A DNA stretch of 24,000 nucleotides from contig JANLHM010000001.1 of assembly GCA_024654565.1 (NCBI GenBank), positions 36,905 to 60,904 on the forward strand, written 5' to 3'. Source of the stretch: Nanobdellota archaeon. GTDB lineage: Archaea; Nanobdellota; Nanobdellia; Pacearchaeales; GW2011-AR1. A program made the position numbers and the translations under genes. The first letter of the stretch is position 1, and every line of letters starts with the position of its first letter. The notes under the pieces are model-generated. The model worked only from the letters and a program-made list of their open reading frames with translations. It was not told the DNA's origin and did not search any database. Positions 8,675-16,007 of this stretch are shown here, piece by piece.

Positions 8675-8728
8675 ATGGTGCCCAAGTATTAGCGGGGTAT
8701 CGAACCCAAGGTTTGAATCACAAAATAA

Positions 8729-8757
8729 TAGCCCCACCCGGATCCTTGAAAAGGTCC
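8729..8757 (-). repeat. Decayed copy 2 of tRNA-Gln 3' end sequence
   Basis: + strand TAGCCCCACCCGGATCCTTGAAAAGGTCC; its first 15 nt (TAGCCCCACCCGGAT) are identical to the 3' end of the tRNA gene at 8794. Confidence 0.65.
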
Positions 8758-8793
8758 TCGCACCTTCTTGGTGTCGAACTTGGTTCGAATCTA

Positions 8794-8866
8794 TAGCCCC
8801 ACCCGGATTCGAACCGGGGTCACAGGCTTCAAAGGCCTGCATACTTGACCGCTGTACTATGGGGCT
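8794..8866 (-). tRNA. tRNA-Gln(UUG)
   Basis: Minus strand AGCCCCATAGTACAGCGGTCAAGTATGCAGGCCTTTGAAGCCTGTGACCCCGGTTCGAATCCGGGTGGGGCTA: 7-bp acceptor, anticodon loop CTTTGAA, T-loop TTCGAAT. Confidence 0.95.
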
Positions 8867-9045
8867 TTATAAAAAATTAACTCGAAATTAATTTATAAGA
8901 GTTTGGATGGGTGTTTTCCTTATATTTTTGAGCTGTCCTTTTAACTGAGTGTAAATCACATGATGTTTAACTTTTAAATTCTAACTTGAATTATCACTAA
9001 GAAATTTTAATGAACTAATATAAAAAATAAACTCCAAACTTTTTT

Positions 9046-9273
9046 ATGAAAAAAGCAATACTTTTTTGCCTTAGGCAAAAAGTCTTTTTGAAGAATTTAC
9101 TTGTGGAAAAGCACATCCTCCCAATAAGGGGAACAATGCCTGAAGAAACAAGTAGAGTTGAAGTAAATGTTTTAGGGGTTACTGGAAGTAAAGCTTTGGT
9201 GTTATTACCAAATGTAATGGCTAATGGGGAACAGAATACGGCGCTTGTCGATTTAAAATACATTGAAGAATAA
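9046..9273 (+). CDS. Short hypothetical protein (75 aa, or 45 aa from ATG 9136)
   Basis: TATA-like TATAAAAAA at 9019-9027 supports the 9046 start. C-terminal part SRVEVNVLGVTGSKALVLLPNVMANGEQNTALVDLKYIEE looks protein-like. Confidence 0.4.
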   Translation: MKKAILFCLRQKVFLKNLLVEKHILPIRGTMPEETSRVEVNVLGVTGSKALVLLPNVMANGEQNTALVDLKYIEE

Positions 9274-9300
9274 AACTCTTTAAGGCAATTTTTTGTTTTA

Positions 9301-9357
9301 GGGGGCTTTGTTAAACCTTTAAATTAGATTTTTAACAAAGTCCTTTAAGTTTTTTTA
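9301..9357 (+). terminator. Hairpin plus T-tract between convergent genes
   Basis: GGGGGCTTTGTTAAA (9301-9315) pairs with TTTAACAAAGTCCTT (9331-9345) using G-U pairs only on the + strand; followed by TTTTTTT. Confidence 0.45.
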
Positions 9358-9382
9358 ATCTATAAGAAAACATCTAAATTTT

Positions 9383-10180
9383 TTACTTAACAAAAATAGA
9401 TCTGTAAAACAATTCTCTGTTTATCTCTTGTTTTTCAGGAGACATCCTTTGAAAAATGTCTTTCATTCTGAAAGGTTTATATTCCTCTCCTGAAAGGCAT
9501 GCTGCAAGTTTTTTGTATTCAACGCTCACATCAGAATTTGGTTTAAAGTAGGTTGAAGGAATAAAGTGTGATTGAGATTCTAAAACCCTTACATCATGGG
9601 GAATAAATGCAAGAACAGGAACATCACTTGTTTTTTCAATGTCTTCAAGTGAAAGTTCAAAGTTTTTTCCGTAAACTTTGTTGAGTATCAATCCAGTAAT
9701 TGGAGTTCCTCTTTTTTTCGCAAGTGCAATTGCTTTAATTGTCATTGTAAGAGTTGAAACGTCAGGAGTTGAAACAACAAAAAGCTCATCTGAAGCCATA
9801 ATTGTCGCAAGAGTTTCACTGTTTAAGGCAGGAGAAGAATCAATTAAAATAAAGTCATATTTGTGTTTAAGTTTTCTTACTCTGTCTTTAAGTTTTAAAG
9901 GATCAAATTGTTTTTTGGGATAAATTGAAGCAGGAATTACTCCAAAACCTTCATAGTCATAAATCGCGTCCTGGACATCAATTTCATCATTAAGAACGTG
10001 GTGAATTGTTTTATCTGGTTCAATTATATTTAAGTGAATTCCAAGGTTTGGTGCAGAGAAGTTAGCGTCGACAAGAAGCACTTTTTTTCCAAACGAAGCA
10101 AGAGCAGCTCCAAGCGAAACAACACTTGTTGTTTTACCAACGCCCCCTTTAAGACTTAATATTCCAATCACCTTACCCAT
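9383..10180 (-). CDS. MinD/ParA-family P-loop ATPase
   Basis: IGILSLKGGVGKTTSVVSLGAALASFGKKVLLVDANFSAPNLGIHL...YDFILIDSSP; deviant Walker A KGGVGKTT. Confidence 0.9.
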   Translation of the reverse strand: MGKVIGILSLKGGVGKTTSVVSLGAALASFGKKVLLVDANFSAPNLGIHLNIIEPDKTIHHVLNDEIDVQDAIYDYEGFGVIPASIYPKKQFDPLKLKDRVRKLKHKYDFILIDSSPALNSETLATIMASDELFVVSTPDVSTLTMTIKAIALAKKRGTPITGLILNKVYGKNFELSLEDIEKTSDVPVLAFIPHDVRVLESQSHFIPSTYFKPNSDVSVEYKKLAACLSGEEYKPFRMKDIFQRMSPEKQEINRELFYRSIFVK

Positions 10181-10240
10181 CTTAAAAATAATGAAATATG
10201 ATTTAAATATGTTTTTAATTGAATTTTAACGAAAATTTTC

Positions 10241-10262
10241 TAAAACGCTCAGGGTCGGATTG
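10241..10262 (-). repeat. Decayed copy of tRNA-Arg 3' end
   Basis: TAAAACGCTCAGGGTCGGATTG versus TAAAACGCCCGGGACAGGATTTG at 10334, offset 93 nt. Confidence 0.4.
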
Positions 10263-10338
10263 GGATTCGTGAAAGAGACACTCGCAACGTTTTTTAAAAA
10301 AAACATAAACCACCGGTTCAAATCTTACAACTTTAAAA

Positions 10339-10413
10339 CGCCCGGGACAGGATTTGAACCTGCGACTTCCAGCTTAGAAGGCTGGCACTCTATCCAGGCT
10401 GAGTTACCCAGGC
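10339..10413 (-). tRNA. tRNA-Arg(UCU)
   Basis: Minus strand GCCTGGGTAACTCAGCCTGGATAGAGTGCCAGCCTTCTAAGCTGGAAGTCGCAGGTTCAAATCCTGTCCCGGGCG: acceptor GCCTGGG/CCCGGGC, anticodon loop CTTCTAA. Confidence 0.95.
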
Positions 10414-10481
10414 AGTAAATATAATTAACGAGTTCCGTTTAAAAGTTTTTAGTTTTGGGTTTTTAAGGTTAAACTTGTTTT

Positions 10482-11387
10482 TTAAATCTCAAATTTATCA
10501 AAATCTCTTGCCAAAGTTGTTTCCTTAAAAATTCCTTTTGCTTCAGAAAGGAGTTCTTTAATGTTTTTCGAATGCCTTGAACCAACATGTGTAATAATCA
10601 ATTTTTTTACCTTCCCTTTTTTTGCAATTTCTGCAGCCTGTGAAACAGTCATATGAAGGTGTTCTTCTGCTTCCTTCTCAAGGTCTTTTGAATATGTTCC
10701 TTCTGAAATAAAGATGTCTGAGTCCTTAACAAAAGGTAAGATTCTTTTGTTCAGTTTTGTGTCAAGAACAACTGAAACTTTCTTATTTTCTTCTTCATAA
10801 ATTAAATCCTTTGCTTTGAATTTTTTTCCGTTGTAAGTTACGTCCTTCCCCTCTTTTATTTTTTGTAAAAGTGGCCCTTCTGGAAGACCTGATTTTTTTA
10901 ATTTCGCCTTGTCAATTCTTGAAGTTCCTTTTACTGTAAAGGAATAAGAAAGTGCTGGAACTCCGTGTTCCATTTCTTCACAAGAAATAAAAAAATCTTT
11001 TTGATCTAAGAGAACCCCCGATTCAACTTCTTTAACTTTTATTTCATAATTCTTGTAAAAATTAAAAACTTCAAGCATTTTTCTTATTTTTTCATCAATC
11101 CCTTTTGGTCCATAAATAAAGAGGGTTTTATTGTATCCACTTGATGCAAGGGTGGACAAAAGCCCTGGAAGTCCAAGAACGTGGTCTCCGTGCCAGTGTG
11201 TGATTAAAATTCGTGTTATTTTACATGGATTCAATTCCGCTTTCCTGAACTGCCTTTGAGTGCCTTCTCCGCAGTCAACAAGGACATTTTCTTCATTGAA
11301 GTTAATCAGGATTGAAGTGTGGTTTCTGCCTTTACTTGGAATCTGGTCAGCTGTTCCTAAAAAAGTAATTTCCACTTTTGATGCCAT
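10482..11387 (-). CDS. rnz: Ribonuclease Z (tRNase Z)
   Basis: VEITFLGTADQIPSKGRNHTSILINFNEENVLVDCGEGTQRQF...RILITHWHGDHVLGLPGLL. Start likely MASKVEI (11387), not the ORF-track 11402. Confidence 0.93.
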   Translation of the reverse strand: MASKVEITFLGTADQIPSKGRNHTSILINFNEENVLVDCGEGTQRQFRKAELNPCKITRILITHWHGDHVLGLPGLLSTLASSGYNKTLFIYGPKGIDEKIRKMLEVFNFYKNYEIKVKEVESGVLLDQKDFFISCEEMEHGVPALSYSFTVKGTSRIDKAKLKKSGLPEGPLLQKIKEGKDVTYNGKKFKAKDLIYEEENKKVSVVLDTKLNKRILPFVKDSDIFISEGTYSKDLEKEAEEHLHMTVSQAAEIAKKGKVKKLIITHVGSRHSKNIKELLSEAKGIFKETTLARDFDKFEI

Positions 11388-11423
11388 ATTGTGAAGAGGC
11401 AAATCGCATATATAAAAGTTCTT

Positions 11424-11609
11424 TTACTCAAACCTTTCAAAAAATCTCATGACATAAAGAACGATTGCAAAAAGGATTACCATTACTCCAAATATGAAGT
11501 AGTAACCCAGGAAGTTAAAGCTGTCTTTGAAGTATGAAATAATTATCAAAAGAATTCCAAATACGAGTATAACTTCTCTTAATTCAACAAGCCAATTTCT
11601 TCCTGCCAT
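11424..11609 (-). CDS. Small two-TM membrane protein
   Basis: 61 aa: VILVFGILLIIISYF...LGYYFIFGVMVILFAIVLYVM. Confidence 0.55.
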   Translation of the reverse strand: MAGRNWLVELREVILVFGILLIIISYFKDSFNFLGYYFIFGVMVILFAIVLYVMRFFERFE

Positions 11610-11730
11610 GATTTGTTTAAAGTAAAATTGATTTAAATCTCTTTTGGAAAGCTCACACTATAACTTATTACTCCAGAATTCGACCCCCGGCGAAAAATAC
11701 TCGGGAATGAACGCCAATTTCAAATTATTT

Positions 11731-11976
11731 TTATTTAAGTGCAGTTGAAGCAGGTGAAATGTAAATTATTGTATCTCCTCTTAAAAAAGTCAATCCAAGA
11801 CTTTTCTTTTGAGATCCATTTTCCATTTCTTTCACGTTATCCAACACCAGATTGATGTGGATATCAAAAGCTAGAAGAGTTCCAACAAACTCCTTGTCAC
11901 CTTTCAACCGGACCAAAATTTCTTTACCCTTAGATGTGTTAAGCAAATCCAAAGGTCTTTCAATTCCGTTAACCAT
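11731..11976 (-). CDS. LSm/Sm-like archaeal protein
   Basis: RPLDLLNTSKGKEILVRLKGDKEFVGTLLAFDIHINLVLDNVKE...LTFLRGDTIIYISP: Sm1 and Sm2 motifs. Confidence 0.92.
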   Translation of the reverse strand: MVNGIERPLDLLNTSKGKEILVRLKGDKEFVGTLLAFDIHINLVLDNVKEMENGSQKKSLGLTFLRGDTIIYISPASTALK

Positions 11977-12084
11977 AGTTTAATTCTGAAATTTTTGTTT
12001 ATAAATTTTGTCATACTGGAAAAACATTAAATTTTTGAGATACAGGAAACTTTATAAATAAAAATTGAGAAGGTTTACTATAAG

Positions 12085-12450
12085 ATGAAACTAGGAAAAA
12101 AAGTTACAGGCGGAAGGTACATTAAAGGAAGAAAGAAAAAGAAGTATGAGATGACTGGTCAGAAAAAGACTGTGAAGCTCGGAGAGGTTAAAAGGAAAAG
12201 CATAAGAACAACTGGCGGAAACAAAAAAACTTTCCTTTTAAGAGGAAATGTCGTTAATGTCCAGGTTGGAGACAAAGGCAAAAGACAAAAGCTCGCAATA
12301 AAAAATGTTCTTGAAACTCCTTCAAATAGATTCCTTGCAAGACAGAACATAATCACAAAAGGAACAATTGTTGAGACTGAAGCAGGAAAAGTTAAGGTAA
12401 CAAATAGGCCAACTCAGGAAGGAAATATCAACGGTGTTCTTCTCAAGTAA
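12085..12450 (+). CDS. rps8e: Ribosomal protein S8e
   Basis: GRYIKGRKKKKYEM...VKRKSIRTTGGNKKTFLLRGNVVNV...NVLETPSNRFLARQNIITKGTIVETEAGKVKVTNRPTQEGNINGVLL. TATA-like TTTATAAATA upstream. Confidence 0.95.
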   Translation: MKLGKKVTGGRYIKGRKKKKYEMTGQKKTVKLGEVKRKSIRTTGGNKKTFLLRGNVVNVQVGDKGKRQKLAIKNVLETPSNRFLARQNIITKGTIVETEAGKVKVTNRPTQEGNINGVLLK

Positions 12451-12488
12451 ATAATGATTATCCGGTAAATTTAATTTTTTTAGATCAT

Positions 12489-13301
12489 TTAATTATTGTT
12501 GTCAATAGTTTCTTTGTCTGAAAAAAAGAAATAATTCCTCCCATCTTCTCCTGTTATGGCTTTTCCCTTAAATGTATGGAATGAATGGGTTCCAATAGAA
12601 AAATTTGGAAAAATTTTTATTAAATAAAAATACCTTCTGAATTTGTCAAAGTCAAAGTTAACTCTACCGTTGTCGTCAAGGGCAAACTCCCCCATTCTTT
12701 GAGATGTCTCAAGAGAGGTTTCAGATAAAAGGGTAAACTTCGGGGCAACAACATCTTTATCAAGAATGTCAGAAATTCTTTTTGCAATGTTGTCCTCTCC
12801 AGAACCTGCTGAGCATGAATATAAAATTATGATTGCATCTTTTGAAAAAGAGTTTTTGTATTTTTCGAAAATCTTTTGGACATTTGAAGTGTCAACATTC
12901 TCAGATTCACTAACTTCAAAAGAATATTTTTTCCCGTGATATGCAAGTATAACTGCGTCAATTGATTTGTATTTGGAGTGTTCTTCAATGGAGTTGGAAA
13001 TTTCTTTTATACTCTTCGTTCTTTTTGTATGGAGTTCATATTCGGCAAAGTTTTTAAAATTATTTTTGAGCATCTCTTCCATTCCTTTTGTAACAAGGGG
13101 AGAGTCATATGTTGTGATAAGGGCAAGTACTTTTTTTTTGTTTTTCTCTTCTTTATATTCAAAATTTTTTAATTTGTCCTCCCAAAAATATTTTTTTTGA
13201 GAAGAAAGAGTTTGTGAATTTCCAAAGCTAAATGGAATAAAACTTCCAACAATAATTAAAGGAATTGTTAAATTCTTTAACTTATCAATTAGATTCATCA
13301 A
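12489..13301 (-). CDS. Exported/membrane-anchored caspase-fold (clan CD)-like protein
   Basis: N-terminal hydrophobic segment LTIPLIIVGSFIPFSFG; IDAVILAYHGKK and AIIILYSCSAGSGEDNIAKRISDIL resemble the beta-strand-HG and beta-strand-xxC catalytic dyad motifs. Confidence 0.55.
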   Translation of the reverse strand: MMNLIDKLKNLTIPLIIVGSFIPFSFGNSQTLSSQKKYFWEDKLKNFEYKEEKNKKKVLALITTYDSPLVTKGMEEMLKNNFKNFAEYELHTKRTKSIKEISNSIEEHSKYKSIDAVILAYHGKKYSFEVSESENVDTSNVQKIFEKYKNSFSKDAIIILYSCSAGSGEDNIAKRISDILDKDVVAPKFTLLSETSLETSQRMGEFALDDNGRVNFDFDKFRRYFYLIKIFPNFSIGTHSFHTFKGKAITGEDGRNYFFFSDKETIDNNN

Positions 13302-13429
13302 AAATTTAAATCGAAAATTATTTATAAAAATTATGGTAGTTAATGGCCAAAAATTTTCTCATTTGTTCTAACAGAAATTTCTTCTTCTTTTGAATTTCAG
13401 GTGTTTTTTTTAAAAATTGTTTTGAGGGT

Positions 13430-14002
13430 TTATTTTCCCCTTCCTTTTCCCGCATTAACTGAAGGTCTTACTTTTGAAGTTGGACTTTTATTTCTTAGAC
13501 CACGTGATTTCTTCCCTGCAGAGGTAAGTCCTCTTTCGGCTCTGTTGTGGTTTTTAGGGTTTGTTATCCAAGTCATTGTTCTGTCGTTTTTTATTTCAGG
13601 CCTTGACGGGTCAACACATATCACTTCATAAAAATAGTTTATTCCATCTTTTCCTAATGGATAAGAATTTAGAACTTCCAGATTTGAAAACTTTTTAGAA
13701 ACCCTTTGTTCAGCAATCCACTTATAATTCATTTTAAGATTTTTATTTGTGTGCATCCTTTTTGACCTTCTACCTTTGTTTGGTCTAGGTCTTTTGTGTC
13801 CACCACGTTTGATTCTTATTCTTATAACAATAAATCCTTTCTTGTCCTTGTATCCAAGAGCTCTTGCACGGTCAAGTCTTAAAGGTTTTTCTACCTTTGT
13901 AAAAACACCTTCTTTTCTCCACTCCGTCATTCTGTTTCTGAGTGTTTCTACATCCGGCTTTCTCCATGCCTTTTTTATATAGTGATATAATCCGTGTGCC
14001 AT
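13430..14002 (-). CDS. rpl15e: Ribosomal protein L15e
   Basis: MAHGLYHYIKKAWRKPD...KPLRLDRARALGYKDKKGFIVIRIRIKRGGHKRPRPNKGRRSKRM. Start moved from 14095 to 14002; TATA-like TTTTTAAACC about 26 nt upstream on the minus strand. Confidence 0.95.
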   Translation of the reverse strand: MAHGLYHYIKKAWRKPDVETLRNRMTEWRKEGVFTKVEKPLRLDRARALGYKDKKGFIVIRIRIKRGGHKRPRPNKGRRSKRMHTNKNLKMNYKWIAEQRVSKKFSNLEVLNSYPLGKDGINYFYEVICVDPSRPEIKNDRTMTWITNPKNHNRAERGLTSAGKKSRGLRNKSPTSKVRPSVNAGKGRGK

Positions 14003-14077
14003 GTGGTTTAGAGAAAAATTTGGTTTAAAAAGCTTTGGAATATAAATTCTTATAAGTGGGAGGTCTTTAATTTTTAG

Positions 14078-14614
14078 ATGTCTAAAGATTTTCACTTCAT
14101 ACCCGTTGAAGACAGGAAAAGTCTAGATAAACTAATTAAATTTTTGAAACCACAAAGTCTCAATTATCCAAATTGGGAAACCTGGATTGATAAGGTTTAC
14201 TTTGAAACTCTAAGTGGGTACAAGGAAGCAATGATTCTAAAAACGAATGGAGAGGTTGTGGGCGATGTAATTTGTCAACCCCATAAAGAATTAAAATGGC
14301 TTTATGAATTCAAAAATATTAGAATACATCCCCAATTTAGAAATAGATTTTGTGCAAGTTTTCTAGCAAAGCAAGTCGAGTACAAGGCTAGGGAACTTTT
14401 TAGTGCAATTGTTGTCGATTTAAAATCAAGCGAGAAAGAAACGTTTCAATTTTTCCTTAGAATGGGTTACTTTCCAATAGGAGAAAAACCTCTTTATGAC
14501 GGCACTAATCCTGATACAATCATGATAAAAACTTTCAATGAAAAAACAAAGTCACAAATTACCTCCCTTACAAAAGAGATAATTATGGGAAAATCGAATT
14601 CACAAAACTTATAA
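14078..14614 (+). CDS. GNAT-like acetyltransferase
   Basis: GEVVGDVICQPH...LYEFKNIRIHPQFRNRFCASFLAKQVEYKARELFSAIVVDLKSSEKETFQFFLRMGYFPIGEKPLY matches GNAT architecture. TATA-like CTTATAAGT about 26 nt upstream. Confidence 0.6.
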   Translation: MSKDFHFIPVEDRKSLDKLIKFLKPQSLNYPNWETWIDKVYFETLSGYKEAMILKTNGEVVGDVICQPHKELKWLYEFKNIRIHPQFRNRFCASFLAKQVEYKARELFSAIVVDLKSSEKETFQFFLRMGYFPIGEKPLYDGTNPDTIMIKTFNEKTKSQITSLTKEIIMGKSNSQNL

Positions 14615-14618
14615 AGAT
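14607..14618 (+). promoter_or_regulatory. TATA box for tRNA-Ile (and probably the CYTH gene)
   Basis: AACTTATAAAGA about 26-35 nt upstream of tRNA-Ile; no TATA-like box about 26 nt upstream of the CYTH start at 14725, which falls inside the tRNA. Confidence 0.6.
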
Positions 14619-14642
14619 TCTCTATTTTCTGTTTTTTGTTAT

Positions 14643-14716
14643 GAGGCTATAGCTCAGCTTGGTAGAGCGCTGCTCTGATAAGGCAGAGGTCCACAGTTCA
14701 AATCTGTGTAGCCTCA
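14643..14716 (+). tRNA. tRNA-Ile(GAU)
   Basis: GAGGCTATAGCTCAGCTTGGTAGAGCGCTGCTCTGATAAGGCAGAGGTCCACAGTTCAAATCTGTGTAGCCTCA; acceptor GAGGCTA/TAGCCTC; anticodon GAT. Confidence 0.95.
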
Positions 14717-14724
14717 TTTTTAAA

Positions 14725-15285
14725 ATGCAATACGAAGTCGAAAAAAGAAGTAAACTTAAAGAGAAGTCGGAATTTGAAAGAGTTAAAAATTATCTTGACA
14801 ATAATGCAGAATTTTTAGGTAAAAAAGAAATGAAGTCTTACCTTTATCAAAAACCTACATTCTTGAGAATAAGGTTAATTGCAGGAGAAAATGAAGCTCT
14901 GATAACAGAAAAGGTTGGAGAATATACGGAGGTCGCAAGACCCGAAAAAGAGTATAATCTTCCAATTTCTAAGATTAATGAGTTTGTATCTCTGAAAGAC
15001 CGCGAAGGTTATGAAACTTGCTCACTACTCCACACAACAAGATATTCTTACAAATTAAATGGATTTAAAGTTGAGCTTAATGAAATTGATTATTTGGGGT
15101 TGATTGTTGAAATCGAGGCAATAACAGAAAATCAAAAAGAAATTCCAACTATTGAAGAAAAAATAAAAAAAATTATGAAAAAACTAAACCTTGAAGAATT
15201 GAATCCCAAAGAGTATCAAAAAATGATGGATTATATGTACTCTCAAACATTAAAATCTATTTCCGAACATGAGTTTAAACTTTGA
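14725..15285 (+). CDS. CYTH-domain protein (class IV adenylate cyclase / thiamine triphosphatase-like)
   Basis: MQYEVEKRSKLKEKSEFERVKNYL...PTFLRIRLIAGENEALITEKVG...REVARPEKEYNLP-like region...YSYKLNGFKVELNEIDYLGLIVEIEA. ORF-track start 14659 lies inside tRNA-Ile and is rejected. Confidence 0.8.
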   Translation: MQYEVEKRSKLKEKSEFERVKNYLDNNAEFLGKKEMKSYLYQKPTFLRIRLIAGENEALITEKVGEYTEVARPEKEYNLPISKINEFVSLKDREGYETCSLLHTTRYSYKLNGFKVELNEIDYLGLIVEIEAITENQKEIPTIEEKIKKIMKKLNLEELNPKEYQKMMDYMYSQTLKSISEHEFKL

Positions 15286-15291
15286 TGATAA

Positions 15292-15930
15292 CTAAATAGC
15301 ATCAAGTTCAAGTGTCAAAATACCTTTTACTAAAGAATATTTTTTAAGGGGTAGGTCTATTGGGATTCTTTTTAAGTATCCTGTTTTTTCTCCGACAGCT
15401 TTTACTTCAAGACTGTTTTCAAGCTTTACAATTGAAATGTCTTTAATTGACTTTACACCAGGAACTTCAACTTCGTATTCAATCTTATCTTCAACTCTTT
15501 TCAATTTTGACTTTGGTTCTTTTTTCTTGATTCTTTTCCATCTCTCTAGGTTGTCTTCAGAAAATTCAATCGGAAGGAATTTGACATTCGGGTCTTTCTT
15601 TGTCAACTTTGCATTTTCGGGAAGAATCTCTTTCCCATTTATCATTAATTTTAATTTTGGTTGTGAAAAACTTCCTCTTTTTACTATTCCCTTTTGAAGT
15701 TCTTTTTCCACAATTTTCATTCCCTGATTGAGCATTTTAGCCATAAATTTGTCAATCATCTTGTCTCCCATGTTCCCAAAGATTCCAATTTTTTCAGTCC
15801 CAGAATCATTTTTTCCAAGCATCCCCCAATTATCTTTTGAGTCTCTAACTTGACTTCCGCAATTAGGGCAAAAGTTGTGACTATTTCTTACCTTTTCGTT
15901 ACAAACCCCGCACTTTTTTTTACCAATCAT
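15292..15930 (-). CDS. N-terminal zinc ribbon plus C-terminal Hsp20/alpha-crystallin-like domain protein
   Basis: CGVCNEKVRNSHNFCPNCG (4-Cys ribbon) and VEDKIEYEVEVPGVKSIKDISIVKLENSLEVKAVGEKTGYLKRIPIDLPL...SLVKGILTLELD. Confidence 0.65.
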   Translation of the reverse strand: MIGKKKCGVCNEKVRNSHNFCPNCGSQVRDSKDNWGMLGKNDSGTEKIGIFGNMGDKMIDKFMAKMLNQGMKIVEKELQKGIVKRGSFSQPKLKLMINGKEILPENAKLTKKDPNVKFLPIEFSEDNLERWKRIKKKEPKSKLKRVEDKIEYEVEVPGVKSIKDISIVKLENSLEVKAVGEKTGYLKRIPIDLPLKKYSLVKGILTLELDAI

Positions 15931-16007
15931 ATTTATTAAATTTTTAAATTTGCTCCTAAAATTCCTCTAAAATAATAGGAAACTTCGTTTTAAATATTTT
16001 TGGGATT

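Noticed and set aside
13401-13631. 76-aa + strand ORF overlapping the L15e 3' end
   Set aside because: Antisense to the conserved L15e C-terminus; no start signal or recognisable motif.
14003-14095. 32-residue N-terminal extension of L15e in the ORF track
   Set aside because: It overlaps the divergent GNAT ORF and covers both promoters; the L15e family starts at MAHGLYHYIKKAW.
14659-14724. ORF-track start of the CYTH gene inside tRNA-Ile
   Set aside because: Residues MVERCSDKAEVHSSNLCSLIFK are translated tRNA sequence; the canonical CYTH N-terminus starts at 14725.
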